Shown: in pieces, positions 32,376 to 41,769 of the stretch
Layout of the letters: every line of letters starts with the position of its first letter
How positions within the stretch are numbered: the first letter of the stretch is position 1
Virus record (IMG/VR): IMGVR_UViG_3300037400_003843
Span: 9,671-73,670 of that record
From: a virus
Lineage: Duplodnaviria; Caudoviricetes
Length of the DNA: 64,000 nt
Reading direction: 5' to 3' (one strand)
Program-made: the position numbers and the translations under genes
Notes under the pieces: model-generated
What the model saw: the letters and a program-made list of their open reading frames with translations, nothing else
What the model was told of the DNA's origin: nothing
Database searches by the model: none

Positions 32376-34121
32376 ATGTTCAAACTTCGTCCCAATCACG
32401 CTCCGTTCCCGCCGCTTTACGAGCATGTCACGCGGGAATTGCCGACGGTTAAATCCAAGGGGTTTGACCGCGTTGGGGATTATACGCTTCGGGACGGGAT
32501 AGACCTCATTCCGCAGGAAGGTATGCAGGAGGATATCTGTAAATGCTCTGCAAATCTTATTATGGCCGTAGGCCAGGCTACGAGTGGCAAAAGCTTCAGT
32601 ATCTTCCTGTCCGCATTGAAAGGTGTTGGTGTTCAGAATTACACGGGCCGTCTTATCAATGTCCGCAAACTTGATAGCGCCAAGGGTTCTTCGATGTTTC
32701 GAGATGCCAGTTTGTGCTGGGGTCAGTTCTCGAATTGCGAAGTTACCACAGGCGAACTCCCGACTTTCGCGTGGCCGAAATGGAACAATAGCATCCAGAT
32801 GATCCACGCAAACTTCAATGCCGAAACGGAGTGGAGCGATTTTGTCGAGTATATTAAGAAGCAACAAGCAAGTTTCATCGGGATAGACGAAAGCACCGCA
32901 ATCCGCTCATTTTCAATGTTTTCCTATATTTTTTCGCGAAACAGAGATAACTCGGGTATCGAGCCACAAATGTTGCTTACGTATAACCCGGAGCACAATC
33001 ACTGGACAACCGAATGGCTTGTTTGTGGCGGTTATATTGATACCGAAACCTGGTATATTAAGCCTGAAATGGAGGGCAAAATTCGCTACTTCTATATTCA
33101 GGGGAACACACCGCAGTCTGTCGTCTGGGGGGATTCAAAAGAAGAGGTTGTCGCCGCAGCAAATATCAAACTGAATAAGGATGACATTGCCGCAGGGCTT
33201 AGACCCGAAGATATGGTTAAGTCCTTCGCGTTATTCTCCGGCTCTGCCGCCGGGAATAGAAAGCTTGTTGCGGCTACGAAGGGGCAGTCTGTTGCTAATT
33301 TGCACAATGTTGGCGGAACGCAGCGTTCCGTGCTGGCGGAAGCGTACTTTGGCGAAATAGAGAATGAGGAGCAAACGGTATCGAAGCAGATGATGCGGGA
33401 TATCCAGATCGCGCCATACGATGATGATGAGACGATGTATGCGACCCTTGATGTCTCTGGAGGTAATGACGATTCCGATGACTGTCCCTTTATCGCATGG
33501 AAGGGGCACACGATGGTCGGCATAGAGTTTTTCCGTGGCGACCCGAAACAACTTGTCGATTGGATAGCAATGAACCTGGAAAAGTATAATATCCCAAAGC
33601 GAAATCTGGCGTTTGACGGGACCGGTCTCGGAAACTATCTTCGTGCTTATACGGATGGGTGGCCCATTACTGCGAATAAGACGCCAATCCAAGAGTACGA
33701 TTCTGAGGGAAATAACATATTGCTGGAGAGGTACTTTAACGTTCGTTCGCAGCTCCTTGGCAAGTTAGAGGTCGCGCTAAAGACTAACCAGATTTCGACA
33801 ACGATGGACCTGGATATGACCATTCCATACGGCAAGAAGGGACAGCGACGGAGGCTCGTCGATGTACTTTGTGACGAGAGTTTCATTTTTAGAAGGCTCG
33901 TTAAACTCGGGAAAATTTATTATAGGAGCAAATCTGAGTTTATTGCGCGATTCCACGCCAGCTCCAACATCGTCGATACTATGGCGCTTCGTATGGTCTG
34001 GGACCTCGACGCCCGCCCGAAGAAACAGCCGTCTCCGGAGATTGACGACGATGCTTATTCCGGATTATTTACGAATTATAACAGTCATGGCCGGGGACGC
34101 TCGGTCGTGTGGGTAGGATAA
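32376..34121 (+). CDS. terL: Terminase large subunit
   Basis: Q motif (QEDI), Walker A GQATSGKS, Walker B FIGIDES, TYNP, nuclease LDVSGG and AFDGTGLG; promoter TATCTTTG at 32353-60. Confidence 0.85.
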   Translation: MFKLRPNHAPFPPLYEHVTRELPTVKSKGFDRVGDYTLRDGIDLIPQEGMQEDICKCSANLIMAVGQATSGKSFSIFLSALKGVGVQNYTGRLINVRKLDSAKGSSMFRDASLCWGQFSNCEVTTGELPTFAWPKWNNSIQMIHANFNAETEWSDFVEYIKKQQASFIGIDESTAIRSFSMFSYIFSRNRDNSGIEPQMLLTYNPEHNHWTTEWLVCGGYIDTETWYIKPEMEGKIRYFYIQGNTPQSVVWGDSKEEVVAAANIKLNKDDIAAGLRPEDMVKSFALFSGSAAGNRKLVAATKGQSVANLHNVGGTQRSVLAEAYFGEIENEEQTVSKQMMRDIQIAPYDDDETMYATLDVSGGNDDSDDCPFIAWKGHTMVGIEFFRGDPKQLVDWIAMNLEKYNIPKRNLAFDGTGLGNYLRAYTDGWPITANKTPIQEYDSEGNNILLERYFNVRSQLLGKLEVALKTNQISTTMDLDMTIPYGKKGQRRRLVDVLCDESFIFRRLVKLGKIYYRSKSEFIARFHASSNIVDTMALRMVWDLDARPKKQPSPEIDDDAYSGLFTNYNSHGRGRSVVWVG

Positions 34122-34136
34122 AAATCGCGATAACCT

Positions 34137-35699
34137 ATGAAACTTTCAGTAAACTTCCAGAAGGACCCCTGGCTTAGAAGGGTCCACCCGGACAACTCGG
34201 AGGCGAGGTTTGCCCTTGGGTACAAGCCGTATGTTAATACGAGCCGCGAAGACTCGTACGTACAGCTTTTCGCCTCTGATTTTCTGAACGAGCTGTCTCC
34301 GGCGGCCCACCCTATCAATTCCAGGTATCAGTCGACCCGTCCCATCTGGAAACCGACCGGCGAGAAGGACGCTAACGGAAAGGAGAAATGGGAGATTGAC
34401 GGATACGATGAGCTCGAATCCGTGGCTCTCGGCTGGCAGCAGTTCATCTGCGGAAACAAGGTGGCGCATTTGACCGGCGACGGAGGCTTCCAGGTCTGTA
34501 ACGAGACGACCGATTTCGACACGTTCGAGGAGTTATCTTCCTGGATGGACCGCATCGGTCTCCGAGATGCTTTCACGGAGGCGGTCCATTATACCGAGCG
34601 TGCTGGCGACGCCGGTATCCTTTTCTATCAGACGGCCGACGGAGATATCGAGTGGGATGTATACGCCTACGAGAAGGGGCACACGATTTACCCGCAGCTG
34701 GACGAAAACGGGAAGCCGGTCTACTACATTACCTACATGAAGGCCGGCAAGCCGATGTGCGACGTGATTTCCACGAAGTACATTGAGAAGTGGGTTAAGG
34801 CTGACCCGAAGAACGAGGAAGACCTGCCCTACTTCGAGAAGCTCTGGCGCCGCTTTGTGAAGCAGGCAGATGCCGAGCAGACCGAAGATGGATATGTCCT
34901 TGTCAATAGGAAGGCCGCACAGTGCGGGTCCGACCTGTGCCAGTTCATCTACTTCAGGGTTCCCGACGTCTCATGGGGCCCCGTGGAGTTGACAATCGAG
35001 CAGCATGAGAACGCCGCGTCCTATGTTGCGAATGAGGTTAAGGATAGCGCATTCCCTCTCCTGGTCCTTAAGGCCGAGAAGACGACTAGCCTGCCGCCGT
35101 CTGAGATGAACGGTAAGACCATCGCGATCAAGGGCACCGCTGACGCCCTTGCGCATAGCGATGTGAAGTTCGAGAGTCCTGCAGACGCTAGTAATATCGC
35201 TACGGTTCATTTCAAGGAGCTCAACGAAAATATCCTCAGGGCATCCCAGTCCGTAATCATAAGCCCCGAAATCATGAAGCAGGGGGCTGACTCCAGTACT
35301 GCCATCAAGATTCTGTTCCGGCCCGAGATTGAGTGGTGCATGTCCAGGTGGATTTACTACAATAAGCCGGTCCGCCAGATGGTGAAGGTCGTGAAGGTCC
35401 TTGCTGGCAAGGCAGAGGGTAAAATCGGGAAGTACGACGATATCGTAACGTCCGTCTGGCAGAAAGTGTGGTTGCCGCAGAACGAGAAGGAGCAGATTGA
35501 CATGATTACGGCGAAGGTGTACGCCAGAATCCTCTCCAGGAAGGCTGCCATGAACGAGATGGGCTCCCAGTACAAGGGCGACTACGAGCAGGTGCAGAAG
35601 GAATGGGAGTGGGAAATCGATAAGAAGGCCGAAACAAAGAACCCGGACGAGCCAAATATCGACAACAACAACCCTGGCAAATCAATAGCGGAACAATAG
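34137..35699 (+). CDS. Portal protein
   Basis: 520 aa directly after terL; SPP1-like features (IEQHENAAS, SGTA-like SSTAIKILF, LPQNEKE). Confidence 0.8.
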   Translation: MKLSVNFQKDPWLRRVHPDNSEARFALGYKPYVNTSREDSYVQLFASDFLNELSPAAHPINSRYQSTRPIWKPTGEKDANGKEKWEIDGYDELESVALGWQQFICGNKVAHLTGDGGFQVCNETTDFDTFEELSSWMDRIGLRDAFTEAVHYTERAGDAGILFYQTADGDIEWDVYAYEKGHTIYPQLDENGKPVYYITYMKAGKPMCDVISTKYIEKWVKADPKNEEDLPYFEKLWRRFVKQADAEQTEDGYVLVNRKAAQCGSDLCQFIYFRVPDVSWGPVELTIEQHENAASYVANEVKDSAFPLLVLKAEKTTSLPPSEMNGKTIAIKGTADALAHSDVKFESPADASNIATVHFKELNENILRASQSVIISPEIMKQGADSSTAIKILFRPEIEWCMSRWIYYNKPVRQMVKVVKVLAGKAEGKIGKYDDIVTSVWQKVWLPQNEKEQIDMITAKVYARILSRKAAMNEMGSQYKGDYEQVQKEWEWEIDKKAETKNPDEPNIDNNNPGKSIAEQ

Positions 35700-35799
35700 A
35701 AAAGGTTTGGTCCATAGCAAATTTTGGGCCAAACTTTTTTGTTTTATAAGATTTTTTGCTATTTTTGCGACGAAAAGGCAATTCTTAACCTGTTAACAT

Positions 35800-36522
35800 A
35801 TGTTCAAAGAAAAAATCGTTGAAGGGCTTAGGGCGAAATCTGAAATCAAGCGTTTCGGGCTAAGCAATGAGGCTATCGACCGGATTGCCTCAGCGAGAGA
35901 AAAGACGGTCACAGAAGAGTCTCAGGTTGAAACCGTCCTCACGGATGCAGAGACTATGAGGCTGATTGCCGAGGAGCTGATGAAGCATCGGGACCAGGAA
36001 ATCACCAAGAGGACCGAAGCCCAGAGTGCTTTTGAAGACTACAAGGCAAAGCATCCGGACAAAACCGACCCGGACCCCGACCCAGACCCGGACCCTGACC
36101 CCAACAAGCAGACGCCTCTGACCGCAGAGGCCATTGCAAAGTTGGTTAAGGACGCCGCCGCAGAGGCCGTAAAGACCGTGAAGGACGAGTTCGATGCTTA
36201 CAAGGCCCAGATTTCAGGACGCGAAGCGATCGCTGCAGCAAAGGCCAAATTCTTCGAGAACAAGTGGACAACGAAGTTCGAGGAAGAGGCTAATGACGCA
36301 TGGGAACGTGCTCATGAACTGAACGAGGCCGGTGGCAGCAAGATGTCTCAGGAAGAGCTCACTGGTAAGGCTACCGAGTATTTTAACCTCTACGTGCAGC
36401 GTAAGGGTACGGATGCAACGAAGCCTTTTGAGGAGGGAAGCGGCCATAATGGCAATTTCGACTTCTCGGACCAGGTTAAGCACTTCCAGGATACCGGAAA
36501 GCTGCCCGAAGAAAACAAGTAG
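35800..36522 (+). CDS. Capsid scaffold/assembly protein
   Basis: Between portal and capsid genes; acidic helical; (DP)6 repeat at 36067-36102; promoter TATTTTTG at 35760-67. Confidence 0.65.
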   Translation: MFKEKIVEGLRAKSEIKRFGLSNEAIDRIASAREKTVTEESQVETVLTDAETMRLIAEELMKHRDQEITKRTEAQSAFEDYKAKHPDKTDPDPDPDPDPDPNKQTPLTAEAIAKLVKDAAAEAVKTVKDEFDAYKAQISGREAIAAAKAKFFENKWTTKFEEEANDAWERAHELNEAGGSKMSQEELTGKATEYFNLYVQRKGTDATKPFEEGSGHNGNFDFSDQVKHFQDTGKLPEENK

Positions 36523-36544
36523 TTTAACCTAGAAACAGTTACCC

Positions 36545-37171
36545 ATGAAAAAGTACGGAAACTCTTTCAATCAGGGAACGAAGGAATACCCCGCTGGTAA
36601 GGTTCCGATTTGGCTGCATGTGGACGAATTCTACACTGCTGGCTGCACTCTGAACAACCAGGAAGTCGGCTCCGTCATTCCTATCGGTACCCCCGTGTAC
36701 GTGCCCAAGGTGGGTGGCGAGGCTATTGTCCTCGAAACCTTCCAGGTGGTCGGCGCTGTTGCCGCTACCGACACTTCCGTTGTGCTGAAGTCCGTCAGTG
36801 GCGCCGTTCAGCCCGCTAAGGACCTCATCGTCGGCAAGCCGAACTCCAGCAATGTCGTCGCCAAGGCTCTCAAGCTCCCCGCCGTGACTTCCGTAGGCTC
36901 CGGTGACCATGAAGGCGAGTACACCTTCACCATTGAGGCCAACGCTCTCGGCGTTCTGTCCGACGGCGACATCCTCGTGATGGCCGTCGCTGCCGGTTCC
37001 AATAAGGCCGCCGCTATGCCTACCGGCCTCCTCTATGAGGACGTGACCATCGGCAATGTCGGCGCCACTGGCACCGTAGTAACCAAGGGCCAGGTCCTCG
37101 CTGACCGCATCGCCGCTATCCCGGCCATGTACAAGCCCTATCTCACCAACATCACTTTCGTAAACGAGTAG
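36545..37171 (+). CDS. Head decoration / minor capsid protein
   Basis: Immediately before the MCP; PTGLLYEDV motif typical of decoration proteins. Confidence 0.65.
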   Translation: MKKYGNSFNQGTKEYPAGKVPIWLHVDEFYTAGCTLNNQEVGSVIPIGTPVYVPKVGGEAIVLETFQVVGAVAATDTSVVLKSVSGAVQPAKDLIVGKPNSSNVVAKALKLPAVTSVGSGDHEGEYTFTIEANALGVLSDGDILVMAVAAGSNKAAAMPTGLLYEDVTIGNVGATGTVVTKGQVLADRIAAIPAMYKPYLTNITFVNE

Positions 37172-37175
37172 AACT

Positions 37176-38399
37176 ATGAATCAGTATCTTGGACTTGACA
37201 CTCTGATGGCCTCCAATGGCATCACCAGTGCAGATGCCTTTATGGCATATTACAAGCAGGTTCTCTCGCGCCGCGAAAACCAGAACCTGAACATCATCGG
37301 CTTCGAAGAGTGGGGCATTCCTCAGATTGACTTCACTTACAAGATGCTCGAGGCCGAGCAGAAGATCTCCGTGATGGCCACCTATGTGGACCTGAACTCC
37401 GATCCGATTCCTCTCGGAACCAAGGGTTTCAACACCCTCGAAGGCTCCATCCCTCGCCAGAAGGCTCGCTGGGAACTCGGCGAGAACGACTACCGCAAGC
37501 AGCTGATGGTCCTCAAGGACCTGCAGATTGCCGCTTCCTTCCGGAACGAGAGCCCCGCAGAGAGCGTGAAGAATTATCTGGCCGACCTCCTCTTCGGCGG
37601 TCTGTCCGAAATCCAGAACGCCCACATCGGCTCCATGTCCTACCAGGTAGGCCAGATGAAGTCTGAGGGCAAGGTCACCCTGACCGACGCCAATAACCCT
37701 CGCGGTATCCAGAACGTCACCTTCTCCGCCCAGATTCCGGCCGGCCAGATCGTGACCCTCCAGGGCGACAAGCGTTGGTTCACCGACGCCGAAAAGACCG
37801 TGGAAGGCTCCGAATCCGATCCCGTGAACGACATCAAGAAGCGCGTACGCGACCTGCACGACAAGCTGAACGGTGCTCCCGTCACCGTCGAGGTGAACGA
37901 GACCTCCTTCTTCGAGGATATGCAGCACTCCAAGTGGCAGGTAGCCCTCGGTTACGCCATCTCCCCCGACCTCATCAAGTATGCAGGTGTGGGTGCAGAC
38001 GGCAAGGCCGCTGCTGCCGCTGTGGCTCAGGCCTCCGGTGACGATGTCATCAAGGCTGCCTTCAAGCGTGCCATCAACGCCGACGAGGTGATCTTCAACA
38101 AGACCGTCTGCGGCGTTGAGAAGTGGGACAAGAGCAACAAGAAGCTGACCATCAGCACTCTTCCAGCTTTCAGCAAGAACACCTACCTGGTACGTCCTTC
38201 CGGCCCTGTCGGAATGCGCCTCAACGTGGTGCCCCTGCGTCCCGATCCCAGCGCTATCAGCGCCCTCATCTTCGAAGGTCACGGCCTCATCGAGTACCGT
38301 TACGACCCTCGTACCAAGTATCAGGACTGGGTGTCCGAACTGACCGTGCTGGCCGTTCCTACCCGTCCTAGTGATATGGTAATCCTTCACACGAAGTAG
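37176..38399 (+). CDS. Major capsid protein
   Basis: 407 aa, strong C-ending codon bias, canonical position. Confidence 0.8.
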   Translation: MNQYLGLDTLMASNGITSADAFMAYYKQVLSRRENQNLNIIGFEEWGIPQIDFTYKMLEAEQKISVMATYVDLNSDPIPLGTKGFNTLEGSIPRQKARWELGENDYRKQLMVLKDLQIAASFRNESPAESVKNYLADLLFGGLSEIQNAHIGSMSYQVGQMKSEGKVTLTDANNPRGIQNVTFSAQIPAGQIVTLQGDKRWFTDAEKTVEGSESDPVNDIKKRVRDLHDKLNGAPVTVEVNETSFFEDMQHSKWQVALGYAISPDLIKYAGVGADGKAAAAAVAQASGDDVIKAAFKRAINADEVIFNKTVCGVEKWDKSNKKLTISTLPAFSKNTYLVRPSGPVGMRLNVVPLRPDPSAISALIFEGHGLIEYRYDPRTKYQDWVSELTVLAVPTRPSDMVILHTK

Positions 38400-38401
38400 T
38401 T

Positions 38402-38809
38402 ATGACTGTCGAAGAGTATCTGCGTAGTTTAGTTCCCGGCCTCGACCTGCAAACCAGTGTCCTGGCCAGGGCTGCCCGCAGTCCGATTGAAGTAGGGCTG
38501 GAGAGGCTTGACCTTGACGAGGACGAAGAGGACTATGATGGCGATGAGGATTTTCAGAAACGGCTAGACTATGCCTCTTCGACAATCTACTATTCGGTGT
38601 TGGGAGTTTTTGCTGGCGGTGGGCACTCCGAGCAGGTCGGAGACGTCCGCTCTTCTAGAGGAGGGTACACCATCACTATGGCAGACCGCGCTCGGTTCAA
38701 GTCCATGGGTGATGCCCTCCGACAGAAGTGGGGATGGGAAACCGAGGCTGACGAGGTGTCTACCGAAATTGTAGATATGAGCTCTTTGAGAAGTAAGCAC
38801 AGATGTTAG
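38402..38809 (+). CDS. Head-tail adaptor
   Basis: Position after the MCP; MTVEEYL ... SEQVGDVRSS. Confidence 0.6.
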   Translation: MTVEEYLRSLVPGLDLQTSVLARAARSPIEVGLERLDLDEDEEDYDGDEDFQKRLDYASSTIYYSVLGVFAGGGHSEQVGDVRSSRGGYTITMADRARFKSMGDALRQKWGWETEADEVSTEIVDMSSLRSKHRC

Positions 38810-39144
38810 AGTTCATTGATTTCCGTGACCATTGCGTTATCACTAGGGATAACGGCGGAAGGGACGAGTGGGACAACCCGGTCAATCCCGAGACGATCTA
38901 TGACGGTCCGTGCCTCTATGAGGAGGGCGGTACCAGTTATACGAGAATCTTCACGACCAGGAATCCTACCGTATTCCTTCCCGGCGTAGATGTTATCGTG
39001 AACATCAATGATGCGGTGAAAGTGACGACCGAATTTGGACGTGAGGTTTCATCCATCGTAAAGATTGTGCGCGATATCAACATGCCCTGGAGGGAAAACG
39101 TACAGGTCACGAGAATTGAACTCAAGCAGGCACAGGGAGACTAG
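38803..39144 (+). CDS. Head-closure protein
   Basis: GGRDEWDNPV ... TIYDGPC; position in the neck cluster. Confidence 0.6.
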   Translation: MLEFIDFRDHCVITRDNGGRDEWDNPVNPETIYDGPCLYEEGGTSYTRIFTTRNPTVFLPGVDVIVNINDAVKVTTEFGREVSSIVKIVRDINMPWRENVQVTRIELKQAQGD

Positions 39145-39147
39145 AGA

Positions 39148-39768
39148 ATGGCAAGGGTTAAAGACGTACATTGGAAGGGAAAGGTCGTGAAGGGTTTTAC
39201 GACCGCTCTCGCCGATGCGTCTGAACACCTTACTGGATGGGCCCGTGGCTGGATGTCCGAATCTGTTAAGGACGCAATCCTTGAGATGGATTCAAAGTGG
39301 CCGCACTCAACGACAATCGCACCGAGTATCCGCCGTTCTAAAGCAAGAAACAGCAGTGCATGGATACTTATTGGCGCCCAGATGTTTGGTGGTGATAGGG
39401 AGCATCCATGGTATACCGGCCAACTCCACGATAGCGTTGTCGGCGTTGTTTCAGACAGCCGTCATATTGTTTCGGCCTGTTACATGCCTACGCGTGCAAC
39501 CCGCCTACAGAAAGACGATGATGGAAACGTCGTAAATGGCAGCGCTATTGCGATGTCGTCTATCGGGTCGCTTTCGAGGGTTATAAGGTTCCTTCCTGGC
39601 GTGTCTGCTTCGATTTTCGTAACCGTGCCGTATGCGGAGAAAGTCAATAACATGCCGCGCCACCTCGATTTCGAGTGGGAGCTAAATGCAGACTTTGCCG
39701 CATCCGTAGAAGACTTTTTCTACACGAAAGCAGAAGGGTTCAGAACGAGAATATATAGGACTAAGTAA
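39148..39768 (+). CDS. Neck / tail-completion protein (HK97 gp10-like)
   Basis: YTGQLHDS and VPYAEKV motifs. Confidence 0.6.
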   Translation: MARVKDVHWKGKVVKGFTTALADASEHLTGWARGWMSESVKDAILEMDSKWPHSTTIAPSIRRSKARNSSAWILIGAQMFGGDREHPWYTGQLHDSVVGVVSDSRHIVSACYMPTRATRLQKDDDGNVVNGSAIAMSSIGSLSRVIRFLPGVSASIFVTVPYAEKVNNMPRHLDFEWELNADFAASVEDFFYTKAEGFRTRIYRTK

Positions 39769-39772
39769 AACG

Positions 39773-40267
39773 ATGTTTAATCCATCATCCATACAGCCGG
39801 ACGTTGAGCTGCGGGAATTCCTGCAGGGAAAGGTCACTGTCGGCGAGGACAAGAAGCCGGTCACAGTTTATGGCGACTGGGAGCGTCCGACCAATGAGGT
39901 CCCGGATGACTTCATTGTCATCATGCAGAACGGAAACCCTATGGGTTTAGGTATGGATGTTGACTTTGCGAAAGGTTTTCTGGCGGTAAGTCTCTATAGC
40001 AAGCTCAATAACGACGGGTCCGTAAAAAAGAAGCGCGTCGATAAAATCCTCAAACAGGTAAACGACCAGTTTGTGGGTGGCGGCTCCGGTTCTGGCTCGG
40101 GAGACGAGCGATACGAGCCCATCATAACGGAAAATTACGTATACCAATACGACCCCCAGCAGTTCATAACTCCCACGACACCGAATATTACTTCGGGATA
40201 CTCTATCACTAGCCTCAATTTGAGGTGGACAACCAACAACAATTTCAATAAACCCGTAACACCATAA
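39773..40267 (+). CDS. Tail terminator protein
   Basis: Position before the tail tube gene. Confidence 0.55.
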   Translation: MFNPSSIQPDVELREFLQGKVTVGEDKKPVTVYGDWERPTNEVPDDFIVIMQNGNPMGLGMDVDFAKGFLAVSLYSKLNNDGSVKKKRVDKILKQVNDQFVGGGSGSGSGDERYEPIITENYVYQYDPQQFITPTTPNITSGYSITSLNLRWTTNNNFNKPVTP

Positions 40268-40273
40268 AAAACT

Positions 40274-40861
40274 ATGGCAACTGTTATCGACAAAATTGAT
40301 GCCGCAACTGTTCCCTTTGTAGGACAGGGCGACCTTATCATCTTCGATGCCGTCAGCGACTATAGCACCGCTAAGCTCGCCGACTTCGCTAACCCTAAGT
40401 CCCTGGGCCAGATTGTCCAGGACTCCACCTCCTGGGAGGGCGAAGATGTCTCCACCGACCAGATTCTGGACGAGCAGGGTAACCTCATCACCGCAAAGGT
40501 GACTGCCGGCACCCTGAGCTTCTCCTTCGACATCGCCTCTACGAGCGCGAACATGATGAAGAAGTTCATGAAGGCCGCCGACATCTCCTCCGCCAACCTT
40601 GGTTCTCCTGCGTTCCTTGGAGCAACCATCTCCGCCGTCGGCTTCGGCGTGGACCTGCCCGTGTTCACCGTTCCTATTCTGGTCGCCGACCAGGAGAAGA
40701 AACGCGCCTGGGTTTATCCCAAGGCCAAGATCACCTCGAACCTGTCCCTCAGCGACGGTCTGTACCGTATCCACGCTGTTGTCCTGGCTGAGCAGGTGGA
40801 TACCTCCTACCTCAAGACCGGCATCCTCCTGGAGGGCGAACTCAAGTACGAGTCCGCTTAA
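40274..40861 (+). CDS. Major tail (tube) protein
   Basis: Highly biased codons, beta-rich, followed by a terminator and chaperone genes. Confidence 0.7.
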   Translation: MATVIDKIDAATVPFVGQGDLIIFDAVSDYSTAKLADFANPKSLGQIVQDSTSWEGEDVSTDQILDEQGNLITAKVTAGTLSFSFDIASTSANMMKKFMKAADISSANLGSPAFLGATISAVGFGVDLPVFTVPILVADQEKKRAWVYPKAKITSNLSLSDGLYRIHAVVLAEQVDTSYLKTGILLEGELKYESA

Positions 40862-40885
40862 CGGAATGCTATCCTAAACCGAACG

Positions 40886-40913
40886 GGGCGGGCCTAATCG
40901 CCCGCCCTTTTTT
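40886..40913 (+). terminator. Intrinsic terminator
   Basis: GGGCGGGC-CTAATC-GCCCGCCC-TTTTTT. Confidence 0.85.
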
Positions 40914-40924
40914 AATTTAATCGC

Positions 40925-41452
40925 ATGGAAAAAACCGAAAAGTTTCTGCAGGGCGCCTATGACACTATTGTCGGCGCACCTTGCACGGTCTATGTGGGCC
41001 GGCATAAGTACAAGGTCCGGCAGGTGGCCCAGGCCGTGAAGGAGAGAATAGCTCTTTTGGAACAGGAGGCTCAGATCCTCGAGGGCCGTGGTAAACAGGG
41101 CGTTTCTCAGAAGGAGGCAAAGAAGATAACCAAGAAGCTGTATTCCCTCCATTCTAAGAAGGCCGCCTATTACCTGCTCGGGAACTGGGCCTTATTCATA
41201 CCGGGCCTGTTCTGGCTGAAATGGAACATCCTGCAGCTCCGTGGAAACGAGACAACCTTCAAGATAAACGAGGCGGGACTCGTCAGTGCGGACCTGGGTT
41301 TTTCCAAAGCCAACTGGGATATCTCAAAGCAGGAACGCGAGCTTTATATGAGACCGGTTGGCGAAGTCGCCAGGCAGCAGCTAGAGCGGCTGGAAAGCGT
41401 AATGAATATGTTGGAGACGGACGCTTTGGGGACAAAGGAGGAAAGCAAGTAG
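40925..41452 (+). CDS. Tail assembly chaperone (G-like)
   Basis: Between the tail tube and TMP genes; contains slippery heptamer G GGT TTT at 41296-41302. Confidence 0.65.
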   Translation: MEKTEKFLQGAYDTIVGAPCTVYVGRHKYKVRQVAQAVKERIALLEQEAQILEGRGKQGVSQKEAKKITKKLYSLHSKKAAYYLLGNWALFIPGLFWLKWNILQLRGNETTFKINEAGLVSADLGFSKANWDISKQERELYMRPVGEVARQQLERLESVMNMLETDALGTKEESK

Positions 41453-41766
41453 GGTCGGCGTTTGCGGAATCGGAGCATAATGAACGGATTAAGAATGTAT
41501 ACGGTAATTACTGCTTCTGGGCGTGGTTCCGGTACTGGTATGTTGATTCCGTCAATTATGTAACGATGATGCTTCTTGACAAGGGCTACTTCGACTACGA
41601 CTTCGAGAAGGTCGACAAGCCGGCGCCCGTTGTCGATTGGGAAGACACAATTAAGAGTGATGAAGAGGTCCAGGGAATCCTGAGCATGTTCGGGGTTGGA
41701 ACCGGGGCTAAGAAGTCGCTCGAAGATATACAAAGTCACATTATAAAACAAATGAAGGAGGACTAA
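41296..41766 (+). CDS. Tail assembly chaperone -1 frameshift extension (GT-like)
   Basis: -1 frame open from 41221 to 41766, ending 3 nt before the TMP start. Confidence 0.55.
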   Translation, partial: GFFQSQLGYLKAGTRALYETGWRSRQAAARAAGKRNEYVGDGRFGDKGGKQVGSAFAESEHNERIKNVYGNYCFWAWFRYWYVDSVNYVTMMLLDKGYFDYDFEKVDKPAPVVDWEDTIKSDEEVQGILSMFGVGTGAKKSLEDIQSHIIKQMKED

Positions 41767-41769
41767 GTT

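Noticed and set aside
37152-38390. 412-aa antisense ORF opposite the major capsid gene (likewise 39947-40774 and others)
   Set aside because: Shadow ORF produced by strong codon bias on the coding strand; no protein-like motifs.
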